A stretch of 63,747 bases of DNA, filler included, from Intoshia linei (GCA_001642005.1; 7 parts of 7 records of this genome joined end to end with filler, not necessarily neighbours in it); one strand, 5' to 3'; shown: positions 27,131 to 40,073, counted from the first letter of the whole stretch. A program made the numbers and translations. The notes: generated by a model not told the origin, from the sequence alone.

Positions 27131-27300
27131 CTAATTGTATTTTGATAGTATTTTAATAACTTATACATATTATATATATTATATATTATACGTATTGAAA
27201 AAATTGTATATTTTGTTAAGAAATAGGTAACATTAGAAAAGTTACTAACATTTCAAGCCTTTCAAATCTAACAATTTGTAAAATTTTTGAATATGTAGTT

Positions 27301-28581
27301 CACAGCCTGTCTGAACTAACATTTAGTTCAAAAAAATTACTCATCCAAAATTTCAACATTTTCTGATTTGGCACACTTTCAGGAGTATTTAAAAAAAAAA
27401 TTAAAAAAATTCTTAATAGCGTTTTTGAGTAAAGAGATCAAGAATGTATATTTTTCTTTAAAAATTTCAATAAAATGTTCAATAATACTAATTTTAGCCT
27501 CGATTGTTTGTGTAACTAATCTCTGTTGATGAAAGTTTGTTTTGTTTCAAATTTCAAAGTATATTCTACCTATTTTGTGTTGTTATTATCATGCATGAAC
27601 AAAATAGGAAAAGGTTATGTTCACTGTGTTTTGGTAAAACATTAGTTATGTGTTCGATCTCTACTCGTGTATGTTCACTGGTTGAGCTATATTTTGATCA
27701 AGGTATTGATAAAAATGATGATCATTTACCTAATGTGATATGCAGCAACTACCAGAAAATTATCCATGAATATGGAAATGGTATTTTCAGTAGAAAAATT
27801 GAAATTTTTGATCATTCTAAAAATCACCATTAATTCTAAACGAAATACTCGATCTTCGCTGTGCAAAACTTGTTTATAAACAATTTGCCTATCACAATTA
27901 TCATTCAATTTCAATAGTAATAATGGTGTTACTAAAATTAAAAAACATAATTCTACTGGACGTCCAAAAACAGGAGTTAGTGATTTTGAAGTGTCAAAAA
28001 AATCAACATCATTTGTATATAAAAATGTGTCAAAAAAACCTTCGCCAATGATAGTATGAAGCTTTTGCCTATTAGCATTAGCTCGTGGTAAGTTGCATTA
28101 TTTAGAAAATTAATTAATTAATAATTAATAAAGTGAGAATTACGAAAATGTGATAAAAGTTTGGAGAAAATTAAACATTGAAACAAAAAAACTGAACTAT
28201 TGATTACAGAATTCAACTGTCCAAAAGTAGAATTTATAAAAGCTTTGAATGATTTCAAATTAGATGTCCAAGCTTGTTTTGGCACTGTCTTAGCCATAGA
28301 TTACAAAATAAAAATTGAAAATTTTTGAAAGAGCTACATGAACTTAAACATAAGAATCATACCAAAATTACATGCTGTATGTTTTCACATAGCAGATTTC
28401 TGTGACCAAAAAAATTCAAGTCTTGGCGATTGGTCTGAACAAACAACAGAGGCAGTAATTGCAAATTTCAACGTGGAAACGTGGAATAAATACTTAGTTT
28501 CTCAAGTTAATGTGGATAAATATGGTTAGCAGCTCCTAAAATCAGTACAAGACTATGCTAGCAAGCATATCTAATAATTTT
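27301..28581 (+). mobile_element. Decayed, internally deleted Chapaev/Transib(RAG1)-related DNA transposon
   Basis: Putative CACAG terminus at 27301; N-terminal H-x7-C-x2-C...D-x4-H-x5-C zinc finger (HEQNRKRLCSLC...DKNDDHLPNVICSNY); C-terminal IIPKLHAVCFHIADFC...LGDWSEQTTEA; stops and frameshifts; right end lost in gap. Confidence 0.55.
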
Positions 28582-28748
28582 NNNNNNNNNNNNNNNNNNN
28601 NNNNNNNNNNNNNNNNNNNNNNNNNTTAATTAATTAANNNNNNNNNNNNNNNNNNNNNNNNNNNNNNNNNNNNNNNNNNNNCTGCTATTTATTAAAATTA
28701 AATAAATAATTATTTAATATTATTATAAAAACGACAAATATTAAATAC

Positions 28749-31700
28749 CTTCAGTATCAACTGGTTCATCTATTTGTTCTTTTGTCTCTTCTAATTTATT
28801 TTATATTTAATAAGTTAATAAATTATTAAATAAATCATAATAATTTAATCAGCTCATATTGAATTAATAAATTTTTCCTAGATGATTAAAAAATTACAAT
28901 TTAAGGGAACACTGCGAGGGGGATCATAACAGAAACATTCACGTGAAAAAATTATATTTGCCGGTGATCTCTGTTAGTATCTTTTTTGAAGCGAATTAAT
29001 TCTGTTATTTTGTATTTTTTATATACTTATAAATTTTTTTCATGTTTTTATTTATTAATATTAAGTTGTGGACATTTTGAGTAAAATGAAAAAAGTTCGC
29101 CCTCGACAGAGCTAGGTTCTTTTTGTACGTTATACAAAACAGCCAAACTAATAATATTATATAAATGAAAAATATTAAATACCTTCATTATCAACTGGTT
29201 CATTTATTTTCTTTTCTGTCAGTTCTAATTTATTTAATATTTAATAAGTAAAATAGTTAATAAATCATAATGATTGAAACATAATTTTTGCATCGTGTGT
29301 TTCATAAAATTTATAAAAATATGAAATGTATATGGCCTGGAACAATGGTTTTAAAGATTTTTGTGTTCGCACATTACATACATTTACACTTTTAGAGGAG
29401 TTGGTTACTTTAACAAAATTTAATAAGGCGATAAAGTTTCTAAGTACATAGAGAGAGGTGCCAAAACTTACACTATATATTTCATTTACTTATATGTATT
29501 TCATTTTTTAAATCTATTAGTCAAATAAGGTAAGCCTGTATTATTAATATATATTCTGTTATTATTATTACTTATTACTATTATTATACATTATATTACT
29601 AAATATTACAAACCTTTAACAACTTCAATTGGTTGATCTAATGTCGTTTTTGGTTTTTCTATTTGTATTTTTAAATTTACATTTAATATATAGGTACATT
29701 AGGAGTCCTAATTTAGAACCTAATGGTTAGACTAATCCTGGTGAACTGGCGGTCTGCATTAATTTAAAATGATAAAATACCTTTTTCAATTTGAGGTTTT
29801 GGCATAGTTTGTGGATTTTCTGTTTCTATTTTTTAATTAATAAATCATTATTTTCTATATATATTTTAGAGAACGACCACTAGTTATCAACAGATTGCCT
29901 TCACACGTTTCAGACCACCGGTGGTACTCAGTAAATATAGTTTTAAAAATATATTTATGCTTTTAAAAAATAATTTTTATATTAATATCTATAATATTGC
30001 AATCAACATGTAAATTTATAATTTTTTTATTAATATTTAATCTACATTTCTTTTTCCATGTATAGTCAACAATTATCAATTACAAAAATGTTTATCTATT
30101 GGATTGGGCTGAATCGTTTGAGAATTAAATATGTCATTTATAATAAAAAACATAATGTAATAATTCTACATATTTAATGGGATGTGGAGAGGGGATAATG
30201 CCATATGGCTCGGTCTAAAATCATGAGAGGCCTAATATTTTAATTTTAATAGACAATGTTGGATAATTTTTTAAATATGTCAAAATTATGATGACCAATG
30301 CAATTAAAATTTTGTATAATGACAAAACTCCCAACGGATGGTAACATACCTTATATTTAAAATTATATTATTTATAAAAAATTCCTCGATAACGGAATGA
30401 AATTTTTTGCAGAGCCAATTATTCTGATGGCGAGGAATTAGCCTGTATTTACTTTATATAATTAATCATATCAGTGAACATGACGATTTTTACAGATTTT
30501 CTTAATATTAGGTATAACATATGACAATCATTTACCGTATATATGTGTTACCGTTTAATGAAAAAATTAAACGTCCTAGAATTAAAAAGAACCCCAATTT
30601 TAATACAGTTTTTCTGGATTGATATTTTATCGCAAATTTAATTGTCACAAATTGTGTCCTTGAGGGTCAAAAATCCAAATTACGTCTATTATAATAAATA
30701 ATAAAATTCATTATTAAATTTTAAAGAACATTAATTCCAGGACACGTTTTAACATTACATGTATTACTATTTTCGTAAATATCAATAGCAGAAACTTACA
30801 CTTTCATGGTCAAAACTTCCCAATTTACCCGTTTTTTTAAAAATGAAAAAAGTTACATAATTTTATAAAAGATAGATTCTGAATAGTTTTAAAATCATGA
30901 GCATTATCATGAATCTCAATTTCAAAAAGTAAAATCAATTAAAAATAGACCCTCGGCAGACTACATAATAATCAAGCTAGTGTTATTAAGTAATATTAAA
31001 TTAATGATTAATCTATAGTTTTCATAATTTCAAATTGGAATTTCCAATACATTCGTGAATTTTATCTGGCCACACCAAAATTTCTGATGCCTCACCAAAA
31101 ATATCTTCAAACCCCACGGTTAGGCAACACTGATGTATATTAAAAAATATAATAAACTTATGAAGAATTTTTACAGAGATCATGAATAAAATTGATGCAA
31201 TAAAAATATAAAATACCTCGATAATCGTTTGTCTGTATATTTTCAGGGATTTCATCTGTGTCCACTAAATACATGTGTATTATACAATTAGTGAAAATCT
31301 GAATTTATAACACGTTTAAGACTCATAATATTTTGATGGAATACATTGTATCGTAAATTCAAACTGTTAATAAAAAAAAAGTGTGAATAAATAAATAATA
31401 CAACCCTTGACAATATGAAATTCTGAATCTATGGGTGGGAATGAAAAAGGCACGCAGCATAAAAATTGCTTGGAACAAATATATTATACAAATTATTATT
31501 ATGTACCTTAAAAGCAATTTAATTTACAATATTTTAGTGTTCATCGCTTATTCTGCAGAATAATTTAAAAATGAAAAGCATTCAAACAACAAAATCCTTA
31601 CTTACATTATTGTACTTATAATAAAAGTAGTAACTTCGACATTAAGATAAAATAAAATTTAAAAATGTGTGTCCGTCTGTGTGTAACACAATTTATTGTG

Positions 31701-34700
31701 TTGCATTTATTTAGAAAACTGACAGTCCTAGAAATTTTAAAAACAAAAATTTTAAGTCAGTTTTTTCTGCCGCAGAAAGTACGATAAAATTGGTCATTTG
31801 TAGTTTTGACAAACCGACATTAATAGCTATTCTTACTTGGAATTATTTTTAATATTACACAAATAAACAGATTGTGAACTAATCGTCCTTAAAATTCTTA
31901 ATTTTTAATAAAAATATGACACCCTAATACAATGGTTTGCAACCATTTTATTAGAGACACATATTTCAATCTCAAAAAATTTCGCGACACACCAATCAAA
32001 AAAATAACAATTAATAAAAATTGTTAACTAACATAGTATTGTTATAATTATGTATTTTTTCTGCTCACACTGACTTTTACACCAATATTAAATATTTTAT
32101 AAATTTCAAAAAAAATCAATAAAATTTTAAACGTTTGTCGACACACCGGCTGGAAAGCACTGCCCTATTAGTAGGCTAATGCGCATGTAAAAAGTTTAAA
32201 TTACAATATTGCCTTTGGTTTCCGTTTCGTTTTCGTATGTTCTTAGTGCAAGCATTTACTAAATAATTGCATACATATTATGTATACATTGTATATAATT
32301 TATGGGTGTAATTATAAATAAATCCTAACTTATATAATTAATAATTATATTATAATATGCTACGCTATTTTTGTTTGTGTGTGTCGGTGTGTTACGATGT
32401 ATTTAAATAACTACCCGTCTTAAAATTTTATAAAGTCCACATTTCAATTACTGTTTTTTCCGGGAGTGTGCGCAAACATAATTTCAACCTCCCAATTTCA
32501 CATCTTACGGGTCAAAAACCCCAGTTGTCCCTCTTTTTGAAAATTAAACGAGTTGGAGAATTTAAAAAAATATATACGCTGATGCGGATTTTAAAATCAT
32601 AAACATTATCATAAATTTTAATAAAAAAACATTATATCTTCATGACAAAAACCCCAAATTACCCTTCTTTTTTTAATGAAAACAGTCCTAGAATTTCAAA
32701 AAATTTACAGGTATCATAAATTAAAAAAATGAGGTAACAATTGTTTTTAAAATTCTTTACTAAATGTTAACAAAAAAAATTACGATATAATAATTCACTT
32801 TAAAGTAAAAAGTAACGTGAAATGACGGTTCCACCTGAAACAAGTTTGGTAACCACTCCTTTAAAGGATTGATACTAGTGAATAGTAGGATTTTTAAGTT
32901 AGATTTTCCACATGGATTTATTTGTATGGTATAATAAAAATGTGCCCTCGGCAGAGCTAGGTGCTGTTTGTACGTAGTACATAACAGTCAAGCTAGTGTA
33001 TATATAATTAAATTGAATAATATCAATGTATATTTTAAATAATAATGTTAAAATTAAATCTTAACATATATTTTTCTGTCTTTGGCCGTGACGATTCGAC
33101 ATTAGATTATCTAAATATAAATTATAATAAATTTTCTGTAATTTTTTATTTGTCTCAAATTAGTGTTTTATTTAAGATTATAGCTATTTTGTTCACTTTG
33201 AATAACTTTGAAAAACGTCATTTTTCAATTTATTAATAATGACATTATTACTATTATCTGGAGAACTGTTTCCATTTGTATGTGTAGGTACTTTATTATC
33301 TATGATTTAAATGATTATATAATTTATTGTAAATCAGCGTTATAAATTTACCGTCACAAGTAGGTATAGGATGAGACCATCCCATCAAATTAGATTTTGA
33401 TTTTTTAGAACATCGAATTGATCCAACTGATGGTATATAACCTGCCATACATCTAATTTCGTAATTTTCGTCAAAATCAAAACGCGATGCATTGACGTTA
33501 TTAACAATAGCACCATTCTTGATAGTAATTGGATTACATCCTATATTTACATTTATCATTAAAATCTTGACGTATCCTTAATTATATAAAATTAATTAGC
33601 AAAAAATGTATGTTTGCTTATTTATTTATTTGTGTGTTATCATTTATTTAAGAAAGTAATAGGCATATTTTTAGAGATTATTTGATAGAGATAATAAAAA
33701 AAATTTAGATTAATTATTTTGTGAAATAAAATAGAAAAATTGAAATAAAAATAAAAGCAAAAATTTCGTGAATACACATGAAACAATATAAAATAATGGC
33801 ATTCTATTTTGGCTATTTTGCTTTTTTCGAGTATCAACATTACATTTGAATAATTAACAATTACTAATTTTGGAATGCATTTTAATTATTAATTGTGTTT
33901 ATTTCAAATAATTTCAAATAATTACAATTTTTTAACTACGTATTTATAAAATTGTGTTATAACGGTGTTTATAAGTTATAAATTATAACCCTACTATACA
34001 TGTATTGTGTATAAGTCCAGTACATATTATCTGAAATAATGGGGATGTATAGTATACATGTAGAATAATTTTTTATATATTAAAATATGACGAATAAAGT
34101 AAATAAAAAATAGTGATGCAACGATTCCAAGAAATTGGGAATCGCTATAATCTTTCTTTTTTAGGAATCAGATTCGGCAAAATGTTATTATTTTTACAAT
34201 TCCAATATTTCAAAGATTAATTCCAAAAAAACAGCAGTTTTTTTAATTGAAATTAATTATATATGGATTATCTCTTAACGCATCAATCAATAAATTTTGC
34301 GAATATTGGTTTAATTTTGTATATATGTAAACAATATTTATCTTTGCTTTTTTCTTCAGATAATTAATAAATGAAAGCTAAACAATTTTTAGGGTTGGAG
34401 GTTCTATCTTTTCTCCAAAACGAAATAGAATGATTAGTACAACTGATAAAAAAGTCATGTTTTTAAATTATAATTTAAAAATTTTTAGTTCTGATATTCA
34501 TTAAAATGTAATTTTTCAAGGTTTTAAGCATGTTTATTTGTCGTTTATTTCATAGTTCTATAAATTCAATTAGTCTTGGTTATTTATCTAATTAAAAGAT
34601 AAATAAAATTATCACAAATAAATTTAGTATGATTCAAAAGTATTTAGAATCGCATCGGAATCGGCATCATTAAAAATTTAAGAATCTCGCATCACTACTA

Positions 34701-34794
34701 AAATCTATTTCGTACCCAGCTGCTGAGAAACGCTTTATTAAACCATTACAAACCTTTATCCATTATCCATTCATGATATCTTATATATTCTTTC
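28749..34794 (-). CDS. Sushi/CCP-domain protein with a micro-exon-encoded E/T/P/K-rich stalk (partial, runs into gap)
   Basis: CCP exon 33540-33352 (189 nt, phase 1-1: C-NP...IRC-MAGY...IRC...GWSHPIPTC). Then phase 1-1 AG/GT micro-exons 33299-33252, 33110-33066, 31264-31217, 29825-29781, 29658-29614, 29224-29183, 28790-28749. Possible upstream exon 34794-34754. Confidence 0.7.
31930..32162. mobile_element. hAT MITE
   Basis: CAATGGTTTGCAACC / GGCTGGAAAGCACTG with TSD CCCTAATA/CCCTATTA. Confidence 0.75.
32323..32996 (+). mobile_element. Non-autonomous Helitron, both ends present
   Basis: A|TC 5' end (ATCCTAACTTATATAA followed by a TGTTTGTGTG tract), 3' hairpin CTGTTTGTAC-GTA-GTACATAACAG then CTAG|T, no TSD. 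Homologous pieces at ~6740, 19950, 21050, 21430, 25680, 29100, 30520, 31600, 35106, 46792, 54945, 56345, 57400, 58980, 59269. Confidence 0.85.
34111..34697 (+). mobile_element. Internally deleted hAT element
   Basis: TIR TAGTGATG / CATCACTA; remnant TIFRVGGSIFSPKRNRMIS...KVMFLNYNL of the hAT C-terminal dimerisation domain at ~34380-34475. Confidence 0.7.
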
Positions 34795-35105
34795 CTAAAA
34801 TAACACTATGAGAAAATGTAAATTGTACAATGTCATGATGTGATTATTTTGTATAAAATTACTATACATAATATCTAGTTTATATAGGTTCAACTTAGTG
34901 ATATGTATTAAAAACTAAAATGCTGATATATATCTATAAAAAATTTGATCATACAATATTTATCAATATTATGATCTTTTAAATATGGTGAGTTTTCTAA
35001 TTAATTAACTACTAACTATGTAATGTATGATTCTTTCTACAACTACTACTCACTACATACAACTAAATACATATTCTACTAGAATGCATACATACATATA
35101 ATATA

Positions 35106-35660
35106 TCCTTACTTACTATTTGTATATAATATGCTTTGTTTGTCTGTTTGTATGTGTTATCGTTTATTTCAATAACTACCAGTCTTAAAATTTTATAAAG
35201 TCCACATTTCAATTACAGTTTTTTTCGGCATGTATAATAAGATAAATTTCAACCTTCCAATTTCACATTTTATGGGTCAAAAACCCCAATTGTCCCACTT
35301 TTTGAAAATAACACGCGTTGAAGAATTTAAAAAAATATATACGCTGATACGGATTTTAAAATCATAAACATTACCATAAATTTAAATGCTGATGCGGATT
35401 TTAAAATCATAAACATTATCATAAATTTAAATTTAAAAAAATACACTGATGCGGATTTTAAAATCATAAACATTATCATAAATTTAAATTTAAAAAAATT
35501 ATATTTTCAAAGACAAAACCCCAAATTACCCTTCTTTTTTTAATGAACGCAGCCCTAGAATTTCAAAAAATTTACAGGTTTTACAGTTGTATCAGTTAAC
35601 ACACACAAAATTTCAATCTGAATAAGTGACGCCTTCACGGTCAAAAAAGCATTTTAGTAT
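35106..35660 (+). mobile_element. Helitron 5' fragment with internal tandem repeats
   Basis: A|TCCTTACTT start; three tandem copies of CTGAT(A/G)CGGATTTTAAAATCATAAACATTA(C/T)CATAAATTTAAAT at 35344-35490; 3' end missing. Confidence 0.8.
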
Positions 35661-35664
35661 TAAC

Positions 35665-38600
35665 TGTTAACTAATTATTATTGTTAACTTTTTTACAAAA
35701 TTAAAAATCCATGGGCACACAGTATGAGTAATGGATCTTTTTAAAGTTTAAAGTTTTAGTTTTTCAAAAACATCAGCCAGGCCGGACAAAGTAGATTTCA
35801 TAAATATTTTTGAAATATTTTACGTAGCCTTAACTCTAAGTTTATTTTTATTATTAATTACTCTAAATCTAATCAAATATAATGGATAAAATTGTTCAAA
35901 CTAAATAATATCGTTTTTACTCGAATGTACTCAGAACAACTTAATTTAACTGTTGACAACTCCATACAACTTTAAACAATTCCGTTTTCAATTGAAATGA
36001 CATTAAATTATTTAAATATCTGTCAAGCCGAGATGTATGACATACAACTTAATTTTAATTATACTATTTGTGTTTTCACATGTTTTTTTCAATAATTTAA
36101 TTTTTTACAACAGATGTTATATTATATTATATTAATTAAATTTTATAATTTACACTCACGCGAACTAGATAATTGAAAGCTCAAGCTATAGACTACAATT
36201 TATTTTTGATTTACATTGTTAGAAAAATATTTTTTTATAAAAAGTATACCGTGCTATTTATTTGGTAATATGAATATTTACAATAAATTATATACATTTA
36301 TAGTTCTAATGCCCAACCCTAATCGATCTTTATTGAATAGCGTTTTGAGAACTATTGACGAGGGGGAAGATGCAATTGAAAATGTGAATATTGTTAATAA
36401 CATAGAAATTGAAATTGATTTCAGTGGTCCTATTTATAAATTTTCGTCTATATTACATCATCCTTTTTTAATTTTTAGATAGGAATGGGCCCTAGTCATT
36501 CTAAAACTAATTTATTAATATTAAATTTTAAATTTTCAACGTGTTCAATGTTATTTTTCTAAATTACGGTAATTCATCAAAATTTTCAATCTAAGTTACT
36601 AAAATAAATAAAAGCACAACATAAAATTTAAATATTTACAGTAAATAAGTGGAAGGGTTAAATGGTGTAGAAATTAAATTTTAAATTCTTCCACAACATT
36701 AAATCACTGTTCATGAATAATTGCATTAGAGTAAAATTTTTGTAAATTTAAAGCTTAAATTTCGAGTTTTGTAAAAAAATAATTGAAGATTCCCATTCAA
36801 GAATTTAATGAAAAATACCTCCCATGTAAGATTTGGTATAAAAATTATCCTTCAAGGGTTTGGTCAAAAATATGTTCATAATATGCAATTTTAGACTTAT
36901 TTACCGTTTCCTGTTGTGAAATGTCAATGTTGAAAAATTTCCAACCTTTCCAAATCTAAACAACGACCAAATAAGTTCAAAACATTAAATGATTTCATAA
37001 AATATTGATCTAATTCGTAGAAATCAATTCGACGATTCTAATGAATTAATAATAAAAATACTGACCATTATATTTATTGGGTGGATAATCTCACAAATTG
37101 TCATTTGCATAGTAGTTTTATAATAGTTTAACTGTTTACTATTAAGTAATCACAATAAATTTAATTTGTAAACAGTACTGATAAAAATAACTGAATACAA
37201 CCGAGTTGTCAACAGTTAAATTAAATTGCTCCGAGTACTTTCGAGTAAAAACGATATTATTGAGTTTTGAACAATTTTATCCAATAAATATCAGTTATTT
37301 TATTTCTTAAAAGCATTATGTATCACGTGTCACATAATACAACCAAAAATAAAAAACAAGATGCATTAATCTAAAAATAAAATCTACGAGAAATATTGAT
37401 TTTCCTAGATTTGAATCATTAGAGAAAATTAACAAGGTTCCTAACATTCAATCAATTATTGGTAGATACCTAATGATAATTGAATATTCCAGATCTCATG
37501 TGTTGTTATGTATAGCAAAAGAAATTTTTACCGTGTTCCAGAACAAATTTCATATTAAACCAATACAAATATATAGTATAAAAAGAAAATTAACAAAACT
37601 ATTTACTGAATATGGCCATTATAAACGATATCCAAATTCAAATAAAAGTAAAATATTTTGGCAAACATTAATAAAAAGTTTGATGCGAAAGATTACAATT
37701 ATGTAAACCACATAATAGAGAAAGAATAGTATAAAATTCAAAAAGAAAGTGGTATAGGACATTGCACGTCTAATTTTGAAATATTACCACCTCCTCACCC
37801 TTCAAAAAATGAACTTAAACCAAAAAAATTTGATTTTACAACTGAGTAATTTTCTAAAAGTGTTTCTTCTGAGTCAGATGAGGATGAAATACCAATTATA
37901 AAAAAGAGATATTATTCATCATAATTAGGTGTAAAAATCTCCACAAATATAAATTTGTCATGTAGAAAATCTGCTCTAGTTGTGAAAAAATTAACAGAAG
38001 AAGCATTATCCATGTATCTATTTAGAAGGCAACTAGAAAATATATGAAAACATCATGGATGCATTTAAAAGATTACCTTAAAAATAAAAAAATCAGCTTA
38101 CATTTGGATGGTAAACGTTCTGATGGGAGGGAGATGCAAGTCGTTTGTGTTTAAACAAAAAAAATTAAAACAGGATTTCCCATTGGAGTTGTTTATTTGC
38201 CTAATGGTCAATCACAAACAATTTATTTGGCAATAAAAAAAAAATTGAAAAATATGACATTCAAACAATGTAAAAATGATAATATCCGATACCTGTTTGG
38301 TTAATACTGGGAATAATGGGATCATATCTAAATTAAGAAATAATACATTAGGAAATGTGCCATATTTTGGATGTCAGCGACACATCCTTGATAGATTACT
38401 TAGATTGTATATGAATGCAAAATTAGGTGGAATAAACAAATCTCCTAATATCGGAGATAAATTCATCGGTAATTTTTTTTAATTTTGTGAATAATTTCAA
38501 TATATTTATAGGCGATTTACAGTGTAATTATGAAAATTTAATCTCATCTTATAAATCAAGTGCTCATGAATTAAAAGATGTTCCGAAAACATCTTATTGG

Positions 38601-39342
38601 ACCTGTGACGACTACGCTGAGTTGGAGTATCTGTCATTGGCATATAAAATGTAAAAAAAGAGGAATGGCCTAATGTCAAATGGAATAAGCCAAGGTCTCT
38701 TAGTCAAGCTCGATGGAATTCTAGAGCAATAACATCATTCCAAGCTTGGATTTTAGATTATTATTACTATTTCATGATTTTTATTAAAGTACATAATATA
38801 ATATTTACTTAGGAATTCGTCAACCGGGCTTAGAAGAGTGTTGCAACTTTATCGCCGATACGTTCATATACTGTTGCATTCAACCAACAGTATATGAAAA
38901 TATCAGATCTTATCTTAATCTATTATTTCAACCCATTAAAGTTGTACCACCTTGTAATTTGCCACAAAGGTGCAATTGTTGCACTTGATTTTTAAAAAAC
39001 ATGCCTATAATTCTATTCCTCCTCTCCAAGTGGCAATTACTAACAAAGTTGCTGAACGAGGTATACATAGTTATGTTGCCAAGAGATAGAGCTTCAATAA
39101 AATACATTAATGACGAATTATGCACATATAGTATAAATAAAATTATAAGTAAATAAACATTAGTTCAATTATATTACGGTATTTTTTAATGTGAAACCTG
39201 GCTGATGTTTTTGTAAATTTATGGTGAACAAACATTATAGTTAATGTTTATAACCTATTTGTCATGTCGTACGGCCATGGATTTTATCTAATTCCAAAAT
39301 TCGTGAAAAAAGTTAATATCCTAATATGTAAGTTGGTTGACT
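35665..39342 (+). mobile_element. Decayed divergent hAT-like DDE transposon
   Basis: Long imperfect inverted ends (AAAATCCATGG and AAAAACATCAGCCAGG at ~35704-35782; reverse complements at ~39196-39285). Broken transposase 37320-39130: LHLDGKR, IISDTCLVNTG, GCQRHILD, DDYAEL, SQARWNSRA. Boundaries approximate. Confidence 0.7.
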
Positions 39343-39407
39343 ATTGTAAGCATGTATTTTTTTAAAATGATATAATTGTAATTAACATTTCTAAGTTATA
39401 CTATGTG

Positions 39408-39791
39408 CAGTGCGCGCAACAAACATAGGTCCAATTGATTTATATTATTTTTTGGTATATTAACATTAATTTTCATGAATATTTCATTTCTATTAAAAAA
39501 GGTATTAAAAAGTACGCTTGTTGATACCATTATTTTTCTTCTACCACATTTATATAAAAAGTTATCAGACAAATCGCTAATTAGCCGCGCAATAAACATA
39601 GGACACTTCACATTAAATTCACTTTTTTTATACGATAATCAAATTTAAAAATGTAATTACCATTTTCATTATGTTTATATATATAGTATCTTCTCAATAA
39701 TATATAATTTATTTATTTATGTATATTTTAGCAATGAGCAGAGGTAAACCTTTAACTGATTTTGAAAAGGGTCAAATTATGGCATTAAAAA
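39408..39791 (+). mobile_element. Tc1/Tc3-type transposon 5' end (cut by gap)
   Basis: CAGTGCGCGCAAC terminus; ATG 39734 MSRGKPLTDFEKGQIMALK is a typical Tc1 paired-like HTH start. Confidence 0.75.
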
Positions 39792-39969
39792 NNNNNNNNN
39801 NNNNNNNNNNNNNNNNNNNNNNNNNNNNNNNNNNNTTAATTAATTAANNNNNNNNNNNNNNNNNNNNNNNNNNNNNNNNNNNNNNNNNNNNTTAGTTAAA
39901 ACTTAATTGAATGTACAATAATGTATAATAGTTTTTCAATTAGTAGATAAAACAATAATAATTATATAC

Positions 39970-40073
39970 CTTCTTCTATAATTTTTTTTCCTTTCTCTAT
40001 CATTTTTCTTGACTTCATCGTTATTCTTTGTCTTTTTTGCGCAATTAGAACAATGTTCAGTTGTATTGGTCAT
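39970..40073 (-). CDS. Possible first exon of an unidentified gene running into the gap
   Basis: ATG-initiated open frame MTNTTEHCSNCAKKTKNNDEVKKNDRERKKIIEE ending at G|GTATAT; no family recognised. Confidence 0.35.

Noticed and set aside
31022-31255. 77-aa minus-strand ORF
   Set aside because: Chimeric: it overlaps a micro-exon in the wrong frame and a hAT-like terminus (CAGTGTTGCC, reverse complement near 31123-31132).
33640-33840. F/I/L/Y/K/N-rich ORFs (also 42012, 47398, 60922, 61424)
   Set aside because: Composition expected from AT-rich non-coding or repeat DNA; no motifs.
35344-35490. Repeats with short spacers resembling a CRISPR array
   Set aside because: Tandem duplication inside a Helitron; eukaryotic context, no unique spacers, no cas genes.
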